Shown here piece after piece: positions 51,960-61,057 of a stretch of 64,000 bases of DNA. The notes beneath the pieces are model-generated. The model was not told the DNA's origin. It saw only the letters and a list, made by a program, of their open reading frames with translations, and searched no databases. The position numbers were made by a program, and so were the translations under genes. The DNA is from a virus. Location: the IMG/VR virus record IMGVR_UViG_3300033143_000663, positions 3,891 to 67,890 of that record; one strand, 5' to 3'. The stretch's first letter is position 1, and each line of letters starts with the position of its first letter.

Positions 51960-53022
51960 CACGATAGAACTGATGTTAAAAAATAAAAACACTGGTGACT
52001 TACTGTCAGTTTATATTAACGTCTTTGACGATTCATTGAGTAAGAAATGGTTCGCCGCACTTAACGATATTCTTAATAAGAAGTTGCACCTTGAAAAGAA
52101 TTACCACTTTTTTGGTATTCCTGAGTACAAACGCAACGGTCAATACTTAACGGCGAAAATGAATGAATCTATCGAAGCTATTAACAAAGCTGAACTCGGC
52201 TATCAAATCGACGATTTCTTTAGTCTTTCTAATACTCTTCAAGACATTGATGGGCCTGTTGGTGATGACCATCCTGGTAGGAAACTTATTCATGAAAAAA
52301 TGAATATGCTGCATCGTTACTTTGAAGACCTCCAAGGTACAAGCGGACACATGTCTGAATACTACAATAAAGCGGATTCCGAAACACGTTGGCATATACG
52401 TCAACTTAACTTATTGTGTCACGAGTATGAATCGTGGGCGTTAAGCTGGCGCCGTGAATCGTACTGTCGAGAGTGGATGCGACCAAGTGAATTATTTTGT
52501 TTTTTACATGCACCGCGGTTTGAACTGACAGAAGAAGACTACGAGAGCTTCGGCATTGAAACAATTGCACGACCACTTGGTGGTGTGTTTGTTGGTGTTA
52601 ACAAAGCAGTTGGCAAACATCATTGGGAAGTGTTTAAAGATGAAGGCGGCGATAGTAGGATAGACGAGTTAACAACATCTGCAATGCGATCACAAACAGA
52701 AGCCGCAGGAGATTTTGATATTGAATGGGCAAACGACCCAGGACAATTTGATTGGATGCAGAAAGATCTAAGAGACTTCGAACAGTGGCTAATTGTTAAC
52801 GGATTTGATCCAGATGATAAATCACTTACAATTGGTCATCCGCAAGTAGCAGAAGTAGACCTGGAAAGAACATTTAATTCCACTGATTATAAAGTAGTAT
52901 GGGATAAATTATTCAATCATCTTGACGTGCATAGCATAAAAACAAAAGACAATTATGTAGAATATGCATATCACTGGGATGATCCAGACTATAAAGAACA
53001 ACAAATTAAGGTGTTGGGTTAA
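51934..53022 (+). CDS. Hypothetical protein in the modification island
   Basis: ~360-aa ORF with His/Glu motifs (LHRYFEDLQG, CHEYE, GKHHWEVF); likely start MSGTK. Confidence 0.7.
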   Translation: MSGTKQYLDTIELMLKNKNTGDLLSVYINVFDDSLSKKWFAALNDILNKKLHLEKNYHFFGIPEYKRNGQYLTAKMNESIEAINKAELGYQIDDFFSLSNTLQDIDGPVGDDHPGRKLIHEKMNMLHRYFEDLQGTSGHMSEYYNKADSETRWHIRQLNLLCHEYESWALSWRRESYCREWMRPSELFCFLHAPRFELTEEDYESFGIETIARPLGGVFVGVNKAVGKHHWEVFKDEGGDSRIDELTTSAMRSQTEAAGDFDIEWANDPGQFDWMQKDLRDFEQWLIVNGFDPDDKSLTIGHPQVAEVDLERTFNSTDYKVVWDKLFNHLDVHSIKTKDNYVEYAYHWDDPDYKEQQIKVLG

Positions 53023-53126
53023 TGATTAAATGGTTAAAAAGAAAATGGTGCGATTGGCAGTTACATCGCCGTTATAAGAAGAAACTTAAAGAGCTAAAGA
53101 AGCGTGATCCTTTTATATACAAATGA
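53022..53126 (+). CDS. 34-aa basic micro-protein ending KRDPFIYK (not in ORF track)
   Basis: MIKWLKRKWCDWQLHRRYKKKLKELKKRDPFIYK*; TAATG and ATGA overlaps on both sides. Confidence 0.7.
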   Translation: MIKWLKRKWCDWQLHRRYKKKLKELKKRDPFIYK

Positions 53127-53308
53127 GTGAGTTTATCAATAACGATCCCTGTAAGCGAGTCTGTGTTACCGATAAGGAAACTGGGCTTTGCTATGGGTGT
53201 AAGCGGTCAGTGGACGAGATAAGAAACTGGAATTTATATTCAGACGAAATGCGTAAAAGCATTCTAATGGACATTGAGGACAGAGATCCTTCTAATGAGA
53301 CAAAATAA
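53123..53308 (+). CDS. DUF1289-like small Cys-rich (putative Fe-S) protein
   Basis: PCKRVC......LCYGCKRSVDEIRNW. Confidence 0.75.
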   Translation: MSEFINNDPCKRVCVTDKETGLCYGCKRSVDEIRNWNLYSDEMRKSILMDIEDRDPSNETK

Positions 53309-54812
53309 TATACTAGGTATTAGTGCTGGCTTCCATGACGCGGCAGCTACCGTAATCGATGGCGACAATGGTAAGATATTGTTTGCCAGTCATAGCGAGC
53401 GTTACAGTAAGAAAAAGCACGACAAAGAATTAAGTCCGTTATTAGTAGACGAAGCGTTACTACATGGTACAATTAGTACAGTGGCGTATTATGAGAATCA
53501 CTGGTTAAAGAAAGCCAGACAGATCTTCGCAGGACAGAAGATTGATAACTGGCGTTGGTCATTGCGCGAAGAACTTAATCGTCATCTTCCTAATCGTCAT
53601 TTATTCCTTGACAGCGTTGAGCTAAAAGGCTACGGCCATCACAAATCACACGCCGCTGCCGGATTCCAAACTAGTCCTTATGACGAAGCGACCGTAGTTG
53701 TTATTGATGCCATTGGTGAGTTTGATACTATTACTATTTGGAACGCCAGGTACGATAATAAAGGCAGAGCACAATATAAACTACGTTACCGCCAGATGTA
53801 TCCAAACAGCATCGGCTTATTCTACAGTGCAATTACAAACAACGTAGGTTTACGTCCACTAGACGAAGAATATGTTTTAATGGGCATGGCCGCATACGGC
53901 GACGCATCAAAAACAGTAACTAAAATTAAGCATAAACTAGTGCGATCTATCGACCCTATTAGATTTAAAGAGAACTTGCATATTGGGTTTCATGATAGTT
54001 TTTGTAAGCGTGGCATTAACAAGTTTGACGTTGCCGCAGGAGCACAATCAATACTAGAAGAAATGATCGACAGTGTAATGCAAAAATCTAAGAAGTATGA
54101 TCGTTCTAATAATTTAGTATTCATGGGCGGCGTAGCATTAAATTGTTCTGCTAATAGAAACCTTGGCAAGTACTACGAAAACATTTGGATCATGCCCAAC
54201 CCCGGTGATGCTGGTAGTAGCTTAGGTGCTGCGGCATTAGCGTATGGTAAGAAATTACAATGGAATAATGCATTCCTTGGGTACAATATTGCAGGACCTT
54301 ATCCTGTTGATAAAGTTATTGCAACTTTACTAGAAGAAAAGATTGCTGGTGTTGCTAATGGAAAGGCTGAGTTCGGACCACGCGCATTAGGCAATCGTTC
54401 TTTGCTTGCTGATCCACGTGGTGCTGACATTAAAGATAAAATAAACGAAATTAAACGTAGACAAAAGTTTCGTCCGTTTGCTCCAATGATACTTGCAGAA
54501 TATGTTGATGAGTATTTTATCATACCAGACGGCTTTAACGAAAGTGATTACATGCAAGTTACAGCAAAGTGTAGTAAACCTAAAGAGTTCCCTGCGATAA
54601 TACATGAAGATGGTACAAGTAGAGTCCAGACAGTACAAGACGATGGTACTGGTATACGGAAACTTCTTGAAGCATGGTACAACGAAACCGGTTGTCCTAT
54701 ACTACTTAACACATCATTAAACATACGCGGTGAACCCGTTGTAAATGATGTAGCAGATGCAAAGCGATTTGAAGAAGAGTACGGTGTAAAAGTATTTACA
54801 TCCGTATTATAA
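53295..54812 (+). CDS. O-carbamoyltransferase (NodU/CmcH/TobZ family)
   Basis: ILGISAGFHDAAA, ERYS..KHD, HH.SHAA, DAIGE, MGMAAYG, GGVALNC.AN, PGDAG, EFGPRALGNRS, FRPFAP, LNTSLN. Confidence 0.93.
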   Translation: MRQNNILGISAGFHDAAATVIDGDNGKILFASHSERYSKKKHDKELSPLLVDEALLHGTISTVAYYENHWLKKARQIFAGQKIDNWRWSLREELNRHLPNRHLFLDSVELKGYGHHKSHAAAGFQTSPYDEATVVVIDAIGEFDTITIWNARYDNKGRAQYKLRYRQMYPNSIGLFYSAITNNVGLRPLDEEYVLMGMAAYGDASKTVTKIKHKLVRSIDPIRFKENLHIGFHDSFCKRGINKFDVAAGAQSILEEMIDSVMQKSKKYDRSNNLVFMGGVALNCSANRNLGKYYENIWIMPNPGDAGSSLGAAALAYGKKLQWNNAFLGYNIAGPYPVDKVIATLLEEKIAGVANGKAEFGPRALGNRSLLADPRGADIKDKINEIKRRQKFRPFAPMILAEYVDEYFIIPDGFNESDYMQVTAKCSKPKEFPAIIHEDGTSRVQTVQDDGTGIRKLLEAWYNETGCPILLNTSLNIRGEPVVNDVADAKRFEEEYGVKVFTSVL

Positions 54813-54825
54813 ATTAGGACTTACA

Positions 54826-55488
54826 ATGATTATAATCTCAGGATGCAGTTTTTTAGCAAGTAAAGGCGGAGCAATTGAAACTCGCTTTGCAGACTATGAT
54901 ATTAAAAATTATGCCTCTAGAGGAGCAGGTAATGATTATATATCTGCTAGTATAGTAGATGCAGTTCAAAACGCAACTCAGAAAATAGATTATGCTTTTG
55001 TGTTATGGTCTGGGATAATGCGTTATGATATACCAATAGGTTCGAATATCATTTCCTTACTAGGATCTGATTATAGCTTTAAGGCGCCAGTGGGCAATAG
55101 CCATTATATACATTCCGGGGGAATCTACGGCTCATGGTCTAGGTTAGCAAAATCTCCTTATACTGAATTTGTTGAAATGTTTTATCACGAGCCTAATAGA
55201 GCATTCTACACAGACCGTACAGTTAATAACATGTTTATAGCAAAATGTGTATTGGAGAGTCATAACATACCGTATGATTTTGGATTTATATATGATCCAC
55301 ATGCACCTGATGGCAAACAAGAATTGAGTTTAGGCCAGGCTGCATACGATATATCAGAGCATTATAATATAAAATCCGCACCGATGGAATTCTGTATTGA
55401 ACACGACATGTTGAGAACCGATAGCTATCATCCTTCTCCCGAGGGACTTCTCGCATGGCTAAATTCAATTAAGCTAAAGATTGATTAA
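54826..55488 (+). CDS. SGNH/GDSL-like hydrolase or acyltransferase
   Basis: N-terminal GCSF, N.A..GAGN block, C-terminal DSYHP. Confidence 0.6.
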   Translation: MIIISGCSFLASKGGAIETRFADYDIKNYASRGAGNDYISASIVDAVQNATQKIDYAFVLWSGIMRYDIPIGSNIISLLGSDYSFKAPVGNSHYIHSGGIYGSWSRLAKSPYTEFVEMFYHEPNRAFYTDRTVNNMFIAKCVLESHNIPYDFGFIYDPHAPDGKQELSLGQAAYDISEHYNIKSAPMEFCIEHDMLRTDSYHPSPEGLLAWLNSIKLKID

Positions 55489-55490
55489 GC

Positions 55491-57110
55491 ATGTTTGATA
55501 TATTTTACATTTCAAATCCACCCGCAGAGTTTCCCCAGGCCGTACAGGTTAAGAATAGGGCAGAGGCACGTGAGAAGTCACGTACTCGTTTCTGTTGGAT
55601 ACTAGACGGATACAATAGCTATTACGACTTTGATTTATTATGGGAGCCAGTTCCTTGGGAAGCAGAGCAAGTGCATGTATGGGCAAGCCATCATCAAGCA
55701 TACGGCGGCACAGAACTTATACCTAAGAACTCCAACGGCGATGTTAATTATCATGACAAAGAAGTAATTCGAATTGAATTCCCAAAGATTGTATACCTGG
55801 AACACGGGAATGGTAAAACGTTTTGTTCTTTAGGAGTAGGATATTCATTACAGAAATCTAGATTCATTAACGACTATCTAGGAACATTAAAACGCATAGT
55901 AACTAAACATAGTCATCATGATCATCTTTGGATAACCAGTTCGGTTTGTGATTATTCTGTTTTTGATTTTACTTGGCATCCGAGTGAGTCTCAATTAGAA
56001 ATGATGCATGTCTTTCCAACTAACGAACAAAAGTTTGGTGATACGTTTTATATTAACGTGCAAGACTTTCTGAAACAAGTAGATGGATTAGAACTACTGG
56101 AATGGTATGATACTATATGCTTCCAGGATATTTCAGTACCTAGCACTCCGCTTCCTGTTATATTACACAAGTGTGATTCTCAAGCGGATGCAGTTAAAGA
56201 ACATATATTTAGAAGTGTAGCTGATGGATTGTTTACCGCCCCTTATGCATTATTTACTAAGCATCCCGTTAGCCATACCTTTGTACCAACTCCAAACTTG
56301 TGGCGCCTAGAAAAAAGAACAGTAATGCCATTGTCTAATAGTGGCGATCCATGTCTTATACCTAAAGATGCGATACCATATATCAAAAATGAAATGTACG
56401 ACTATCCGTATATTGACAAACAGTTTCGAAACCAATATGGTGATGAACCATTGGATATTGTGTTTATGAGCAACGGCGAAGAGTGTGCAGAGGATAATTA
56501 TAATCACTTATGTGATGCAGCCAAAGGCAGGACTGTTCATTGGGTTAAGGACGTTGAAGGACGTATTAACTCCGCTAGAGCCGCCGCTAAAATGTCACAA
56601 ACAGATTGGTTCTTTTCTATTAATGCTAAACTTAAAGTCAATACACAATTTAGTTGGGACTGGCAACCGGATAGGTTACAGAAGCCTAAACATTATATTT
56701 TTCATGCATACAATCCATATACAGATGATACGTATGGACACATGGCCGCTATTGCATGGAATAAGGATCTGGTTAATACCGATACCGAATGGGGACTGGA
56801 CTTTACAATGAGTCACGATCACGAAGTTGTACCAATTCTCTCAGGCACCGCAATATATGGTCCGAAAGAGTGGGACCTATGGCGAACATCATTTCGCGAG
56901 GTATTAAAATTGCTTGCCGCAAGTCGAGATATAAACGCATCTGATCGTTGTCAGAAGTGGCTTGATTCTGATGATGAGTGGACGCAAAAGGGCGCGTACG
57001 ATGCACAATATTTTTATAACGAGGTGCACGGTGATTACGAGAAGCTAGAACTTAGTTTCGAATGGGATTGGCTAGCCAAATACTATTATATGAAGTATAT
57101 TACCTACTAA
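55491..57110 (+). CDS. Multi-repeat glycosyltransferase-like protein
   Basis: Three repeats (F...W.P......H.(W/F)); the last resembles the 42825 protein (LDIVFMSNGE, WRTSFREVLKL). Confidence 0.6.
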   Translation: MFDIFYISNPPAEFPQAVQVKNRAEAREKSRTRFCWILDGYNSYYDFDLLWEPVPWEAEQVHVWASHHQAYGGTELIPKNSNGDVNYHDKEVIRIEFPKIVYLEHGNGKTFCSLGVGYSLQKSRFINDYLGTLKRIVTKHSHHDHLWITSSVCDYSVFDFTWHPSESQLEMMHVFPTNEQKFGDTFYINVQDFLKQVDGLELLEWYDTICFQDISVPSTPLPVILHKCDSQADAVKEHIFRSVADGLFTAPYALFTKHPVSHTFVPTPNLWRLEKRTVMPLSNSGDPCLIPKDAIPYIKNEMYDYPYIDKQFRNQYGDEPLDIVFMSNGEECAEDNYNHLCDAAKGRTVHWVKDVEGRINSARAAAKMSQTDWFFSINAKLKVNTQFSWDWQPDRLQKPKHYIFHAYNPYTDDTYGHMAAIAWNKDLVNTDTEWGLDFTMSHDHEVVPILSGTAIYGPKEWDLWRTSFREVLKLLAASRDINASDRCQKWLDSDDEWTQKGAYDAQYFYNEVHGDYEKLELSFEWDWLAKYYYMKYITY

Positions 57111-57211
57111 TCAGCGGTATTGACGCACATCTGCAGATTACATGCAAATTATTTTCCACTATTCCTAGCAAATTCAAGCACTTAACGGTCTAAGTGAACT
57201 CCTAGCACCCA

Positions 57212-57249
57212 TAAAAACGCCCTTGTAAATCAACGACTTACAAAGGCGT
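57212..57249 (-). terminator. Intrinsic terminator downstream of thyA
   Basis: Minus strand acgcctttgtaagtc-gtt-gatttacaagggcgt followed by a T run, between convergent operons. Confidence 0.7.
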
Positions 57250-57272
57250 GGTGTATTTACTGGGTTATTTGC

Positions 57273-58160
57273 TTATACAGCCATTGGAGCCTTAATAGCT
57301 TCGTGACATTCATAATTAAGTAACTCAAAGTCTTCCATAACAAATCCATCAATGTCTTTAACAAGCGGATTCATTTTTAATGTTGGTAATGCAAATGGTA
57401 GTCTAGTAATCTGTTCTGCTACTGCATCAAAATGATTGTTATAGATATGTGCATCACCTAACGTATGAATAAATGTTCCTGCTTCCAGTCCACATACCTG
57501 TGCCATCATATGTGTTAACAATGCATAGCTGGCAATGTTAAATGGAACGCCAAGAAACATATCGCAGCTACGTTGATACATCTGGCAGTCAAGTTTACCA
57601 TCTGACGTTACGTTAAACTGTGCAAGTAAGTGACATGGTGGGAGAGCCATATCATCTAGCTCTCCAGGATTCCATGCAGTTAATAAATGTCTACGACCAA
57701 ACGGATCATTTGTGATACCATCTACGAGGTTTTGTATCTGATCTGTTTCAACATAATTACCTACAAGCAATCCATCTTCAGCGTGGCTCAATTCTTTAAA
57801 CGAACGCCAATGGCGCCATTGCACACCATACACACGACCTAGGTCGCCTGGAAACTTTGCTTTGTGTTTCCAGTAACCTGCTTCTGCATTAGCAGTCCAA
57901 ATTGTTTTCTTATCTGCGTCATCTGTGCCGTGACGTATCTCGCATAGCCTGCGCTCGTCACCGCTACCTTCTAGCATCCATAATAGTTCACTAACGACGG
58001 CCTTCCATGCTAACTTTTTAGTTGTCATTGCAGGGAAACCATCTTGTAAGTTATAGCGAGTTTGTACTCCAAAGACACCACGTGTACCTACGCCTGTCCT
58101 GTCGCCTCTGTCATCGCCGTCTTTTAAAATATGTGATAGTGTATTGATATATGATTGCAT
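57273..58160 (-). CDS. thyA: Thymidylate synthase
   Basis: DRTGVGT, ELLW, YGVQWR, RR....WNP, ALPPCH, YQRSCDMFLGVPFNIASY, DAHIY.NH. Confidence 0.97.
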   Translation of the reverse strand: MQSYINTLSHILKDGDDRGDRTGVGTRGVFGVQTRYNLQDGFPAMTTKKLAWKAVVSELLWMLEGSGDERRLCEIRHGTDDADKKTIWTANAEAGYWKHKAKFPGDLGRVYGVQWRHWRSFKELSHAEDGLLVGNYVETDQIQNLVDGITNDPFGRRHLLTAWNPGELDDMALPPCHLLAQFNVTSDGKLDCQMYQRSCDMFLGVPFNIASYALLTHMMAQVCGLEAGTFIHTLGDAHIYNNHFDAVAEQITRLPFALPTLKMNPLVKDIDGFVMEDFELLNYECHEAIKAPMAV

Positions 58161-58645
58161 TATTTTCTCTTCCAGATTTCGTAGTTATGTGTTACACACA
58201 TCTGTGAACGTGTTAGTGTAAAGTCTTTTTCGAGACGCTCAAGATCTATATGTGTATCACATTCGTATTCATTGCGTAAGTGTGATAAGTGTAGTTCGTT
58301 GATGTAATCCCAGGCAGATGTAACTAACCCTGCTCCACCTATTATCCACGTTTTATCTCGATCGGTAAGTTCATTAGCGAGCCAGCCTTCTAAATCCCAA
58401 ATTTGCCCAACACTCATTAAGCTAGTATCAAATACCGGCTCCTTTGAATGAGATACAATGATGTTCTGTCTGTTTGGTAATGGTTTAGGCATCCCGGTTG
58501 ATTCCCAAGTGCCGCGCCCCATTACAACGGTTTGTCCTGTGGTGAGTTCTTTAAACCTGGCAAGATCCTTCGATTGCTTAGGCCACGGCATTGATCCTTC
58601 AAATCCAATGCCGCCATTCTTCTCACATGCTAGAATAGCTTTCAT
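58160..58645 (-). CDS. folA: Dihydrofolate reductase
   Basis: GIG..G.MPW....DL.RFK.LT....VVMGR.TW, PLPNRQNI, IIGG. Confidence 0.95.
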   Translation of the reverse strand: MKAILACEKNGGIGFEGSMPWPKQSKDLARFKELTTGQTVVMGRGTWESTGMPKPLPNRQNIIVSHSKEPVFDTSLMSVGQIWDLEGWLANELTDRDKTWIIGGAGLVTSAWDYINELHLSHLRNEYECDTHIDLERLEKDFTLTRSQMCVTHNYEIWKRK

Positions 58646-58968
58646 TTAGTTCCTTCGAGTAAAGTATTAGTCTGTTGTTGTACTACTTCAGCGACATGTT
58701 CGACGTCTAAGTAAAAGTGTACGGTTTTAATATTATTGTGATGTTCGCTAAACACTTGTTCTACTATTTCGTCAAGTCCTTCATCATCCCAACCATTGCC
58801 ACGAAGTCGATGAATGTTAATATCCTGTGCATCTTCATTCTCAACCGGAGTGTGGAACACAATATTAATATTACGAACAAACTGTATTGGAATGTCCGTT
58901 TTATCGACTGTGTCTATCAATGTTTCCCAACTATCTAATCTTTCCTCGTCGCTTAGTACGAGTTTCAT
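58642..58968 (-). CDS. Hypothetical protein
   Basis: Acidic ORF coupled to DHFR. Confidence 0.7.
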   Translation of the reverse strand: MKLVLSDEERLDSWETLIDTVDKTDIPIQFVRNINIVFHTPVENEDAQDINIHRLRGNGWDDEGLDEIVEQVFSEHHNNIKTVHFYLDVEHVAEVVQQQTNTLLEGTK

Positions 58969-58980
58969 TGAATAGTCTAA

Positions 58981-59637
58981 TTACGACTTTTTAGTAGTTG
59001 CTTTCTTCTTAGCAACTTTTTTCTTGGCTGTCTTCTTCGCAGTCCATTTTGCCTTTGGCTTCAATTCAGGATTTAATTTGATAGCTTCTTTCTTTAGACG
59101 TTTGCTTTCAGCAACTAAAGATGCACCTTCGGCAGCCAGCTGAGCTGACTGGTCAAGCATCTGTGTACCAAGTGTAGCATCATCGATTACATCATCGCTG
59201 GCTTGTGCTTTAACACGATTAGCAACAGGATCAATTAACCCTGCGTTGGCATCTAAATCTGCCATCTTATCAGCTGCGTCTCCGCCTGCTTCCATACCAT
59301 CAAAGATTTCGTTAAGTTCATCTAAACGTACATGTGATGTAGCATTAGGTGTAACAATAATCTGGTTGGTATTAACCTTTTTAATCATCCCTTCTTTGTG
59401 TAAAGTCTGTAACATAGGACGACCGTCTGCAAGTAAACTTCTAAACATTGCATCAGATAATTCAGTTGCGTCTTGTCCAATCTCACCTTCAATAACTTTC
59501 ATTATTGAATCATGGAATGCCCTTGGCAATGTATCAGGATAGATAACCAATGCCATGTGCTCTTCACCCGGAACTGTGCGATATACGACAGCAACCTTAC
59601 GATCCCCGTGTTTACCTATGTGTTTCATAAACGCCAT
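58981..59637 (-). CDS. Hypothetical protein with Lys/Ala-rich (histone H1-like) tail
   Basis: C-terminus KPKAKWTAKKTAKKKVAKKKATTKKS. Confidence 0.75.
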   Translation of the reverse strand: MAFMKHIGKHGDRKVAVVYRTVPGEEHMALVIYPDTLPRAFHDSIMKVIEGEIGQDATELSDAMFRSLLADGRPMLQTLHKEGMIKKVNTNQIIVTPNATSHVRLDELNEIFDGMEAGGDAADKMADLDANAGLIDPVANRVKAQASDDVIDDATLGTQMLDQSAQLAAEGASLVAESKRLKKEAIKLNPELKPKAKWTAKKTAKKKVAKKKATTKKS

Positions 59638-59639
59638 AA

Positions 59640-59993
59640 TTATTCGTCTCCACTGACTTCAGCTGTTTCTTCTGTTGTTTCTTCGGCTGTGTCATCTTTT
59701 GCTTCTGTGTTTGTTGGTGTAATTGCATTAATAAAGTTAGATAACTTTGTGTAAGTGGCACCAACTACAGCGAATTCATTAGTTTTGAACGCACCGCGTT
59801 GACTTGCAATATCTATAATATTACGTAGATTCGCAAGGTCTTGTACTGTTAACGCTGCTGGAACTGTTTCAGTTACCTCGGTAACTTCTTCCCCAGCTTC
59901 GTCTGTAACGACTTCGTCTGTAACGACTTCGTTTGTAACGACTTCTTCTGTTTCTTCAACAGTAGCTTCGTCTTTATTTGTGTCATCGATCAT
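59640..59993 (-). CDS. Hypothetical acidic protein
   Basis: Core LTVQDL....IIDIASQRGAFK..E...VG..Y.KL..F flanked by acidic tails; GAGG RBS. Confidence 0.75.
   Translation of the reverse strand: MIDDTNKDEATVEETEEVVTNEVVTDEVVTDEAGEEVTEVTETVPAALTVQDLANLRNIIDIASQRGAFKTNEFAVVGATYTKLSNFINAITPTNTEAKDDTAEETTEETAEVSGDE
59897..59945. repeat. 15-bp tandem repeat x3 (EVVT[N/D] coding)
   Basis: cttcgtctgtaacga x2 + cttcgtttgtaacga + cttc. Confidence 0.8.
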
Positions 59994-60072
59994 TTAATTT
60001 TCCTCGTAGTATAAATTTGATTCTACAGTATTTAACCACCGAGAATGAACCGAGGATTTTTTAATAACCGAT

Positions 60073-60348
60073 TTATCGGAAGAACATGGTGTACATGGTG
60101 GCTTCAGCTGGATTCTCAAAGCCGATTTGATACTCTTCGTTAACCATTGCCCAAGAATGTTGTGGCTTTTCGGTATCTATAATTACTTCAATACCAAAAC
60201 GTCCAACAGTATTCTGTTCAATCCAACTTAGCACATGAGCTCTTTCATGGTTGTGCCTAAACTTAACTCGTACAAAATGTTCTGGAATGTACGATAAGAA
60301 TTTAGTATTGTACCAATCCATTGGATTGATTTCTTTAGGTGAACTCAT
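60073..60348 (-). CDS. Small paralogue-family protein
   Basis: WIEQNTVGRF...IGFENPAEATMY. Confidence 0.7.
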   Translation of the reverse strand: MSSPKEINPMDWYNTKFLSYIPEHFVRVKFRHNHERAHVLSWIEQNTVGRFGIEVIIDTEKPQHSWAMVNEEYQIGFENPAEATMYTMFFR

Positions 60349-60368
60349 GTTAGATCTTTATCCTTCTG

Positions 60369-60611
60369 TTAACTTAGTTTAGCATACCCCATCTTAAAAA
60401 TCAATGCATCTTTGTCCGATTCGAACCACACGGATTTAATAAGAATCATGTACGCACCTTCGCAGTGCTGATCAATCCAGCTTGATATATTACTTAATTT
60501 CATCCTGAATACTCTATCTTCTAAGGATCCGCGCGGTTGGAGATCGTCTGGTAAAGTAATACTGTACACAGACTCATAGAAATCCGCAGGGTCGTATGAT
60601 CTAGTTGCCAT
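60369..60611 (-). CDS. Small paralogue-family protein
   Basis: WIDQHCEGAY...WFESDKDALIFKMGY; likely start MATRS. Confidence 0.7.
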   Translation of the reverse strand: MATRSYDPADFYESVYSITLPDDLQPRGSLEDRVFRMKLSNISSWIDQHCEGAYMILIKSVWFESDKDALIFKMGYAKLS

Positions 60612-60819
60612 TGTCTTTCTTACGTAGTCTGTTAACAAGTAGGCTCAGCAGGTGTTGTCCGAGCATGAGTACAGCAACTGAACCTACTAGGTATGCCGGC
60701 ATCCATATAGCAAACGGTACAGGCATTTCCAATGCTAACTTCTCAAACCACATGGCGTTCACTACGAGGAAACCGATGCTCCATACAAGTACAGGAAAAT
60801 TAACTTTGTTAAGTTTCAT
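60601..60819 (-). CDS. Small membrane protein (2 TM)
   Basis: Two hydrophobic stretches; overlaps neighbours. Confidence 0.65.
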   Translation of the reverse strand: MKLNKVNFPVLVWSIGFLVVNAMWFEKLALEMPVPFAIWMPAYLVGSVAVLMLGQHLLSLLVNRLRKKDNGN

Positions 60820-61057
60820 CTTTGTATCCTAATTTAAACATTACATAATCCATCTCATCCTCGAACGCAACTCGATTTGCCACTAAATGAAATTGCCCGG
60901 TGGTGTATGTTTCTATCCATACCATCATCTTAGTTGTGTTAGCTTCTGGATTGTTAAAATAATAATAGTGCCAGTCTAATGTTTTGTACCCATCAATACA
61001 TCTCCGCGATCTAAGATTCCGTACAGTATCTAGAATTGGTATTAACTTAGTTGTCAC
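60809..61057 (-). CDS. Small paralogue-family protein
   Basis: WIETYTTGQF...AFEDEMDYVMFKLGY. Confidence 0.7.
   Translation of the reverse strand: MTTKLIPILDTVRNLRSRRCIDGYKTLDWHYYYFNNPEANTTKMMVWIETYTTGQFHLVANRVAFEDEMDYVMFKLGYKDET

Noticed and set aside
57273-58160. dCMP/dUMP hydroxymethylase feeding DNA hypermodification
   Set aside because: Canonical ThyA motifs, including the dUMP-specifying Asn (PFN), and pairing with DHFR indicate ordinary dTMP synthesis.
59897-59945. CRISPR-like array
   Set aside because: 15-bp in-frame tandem coding repeats with no spacers. No repeat-spacer array was seen anywhere in the window.
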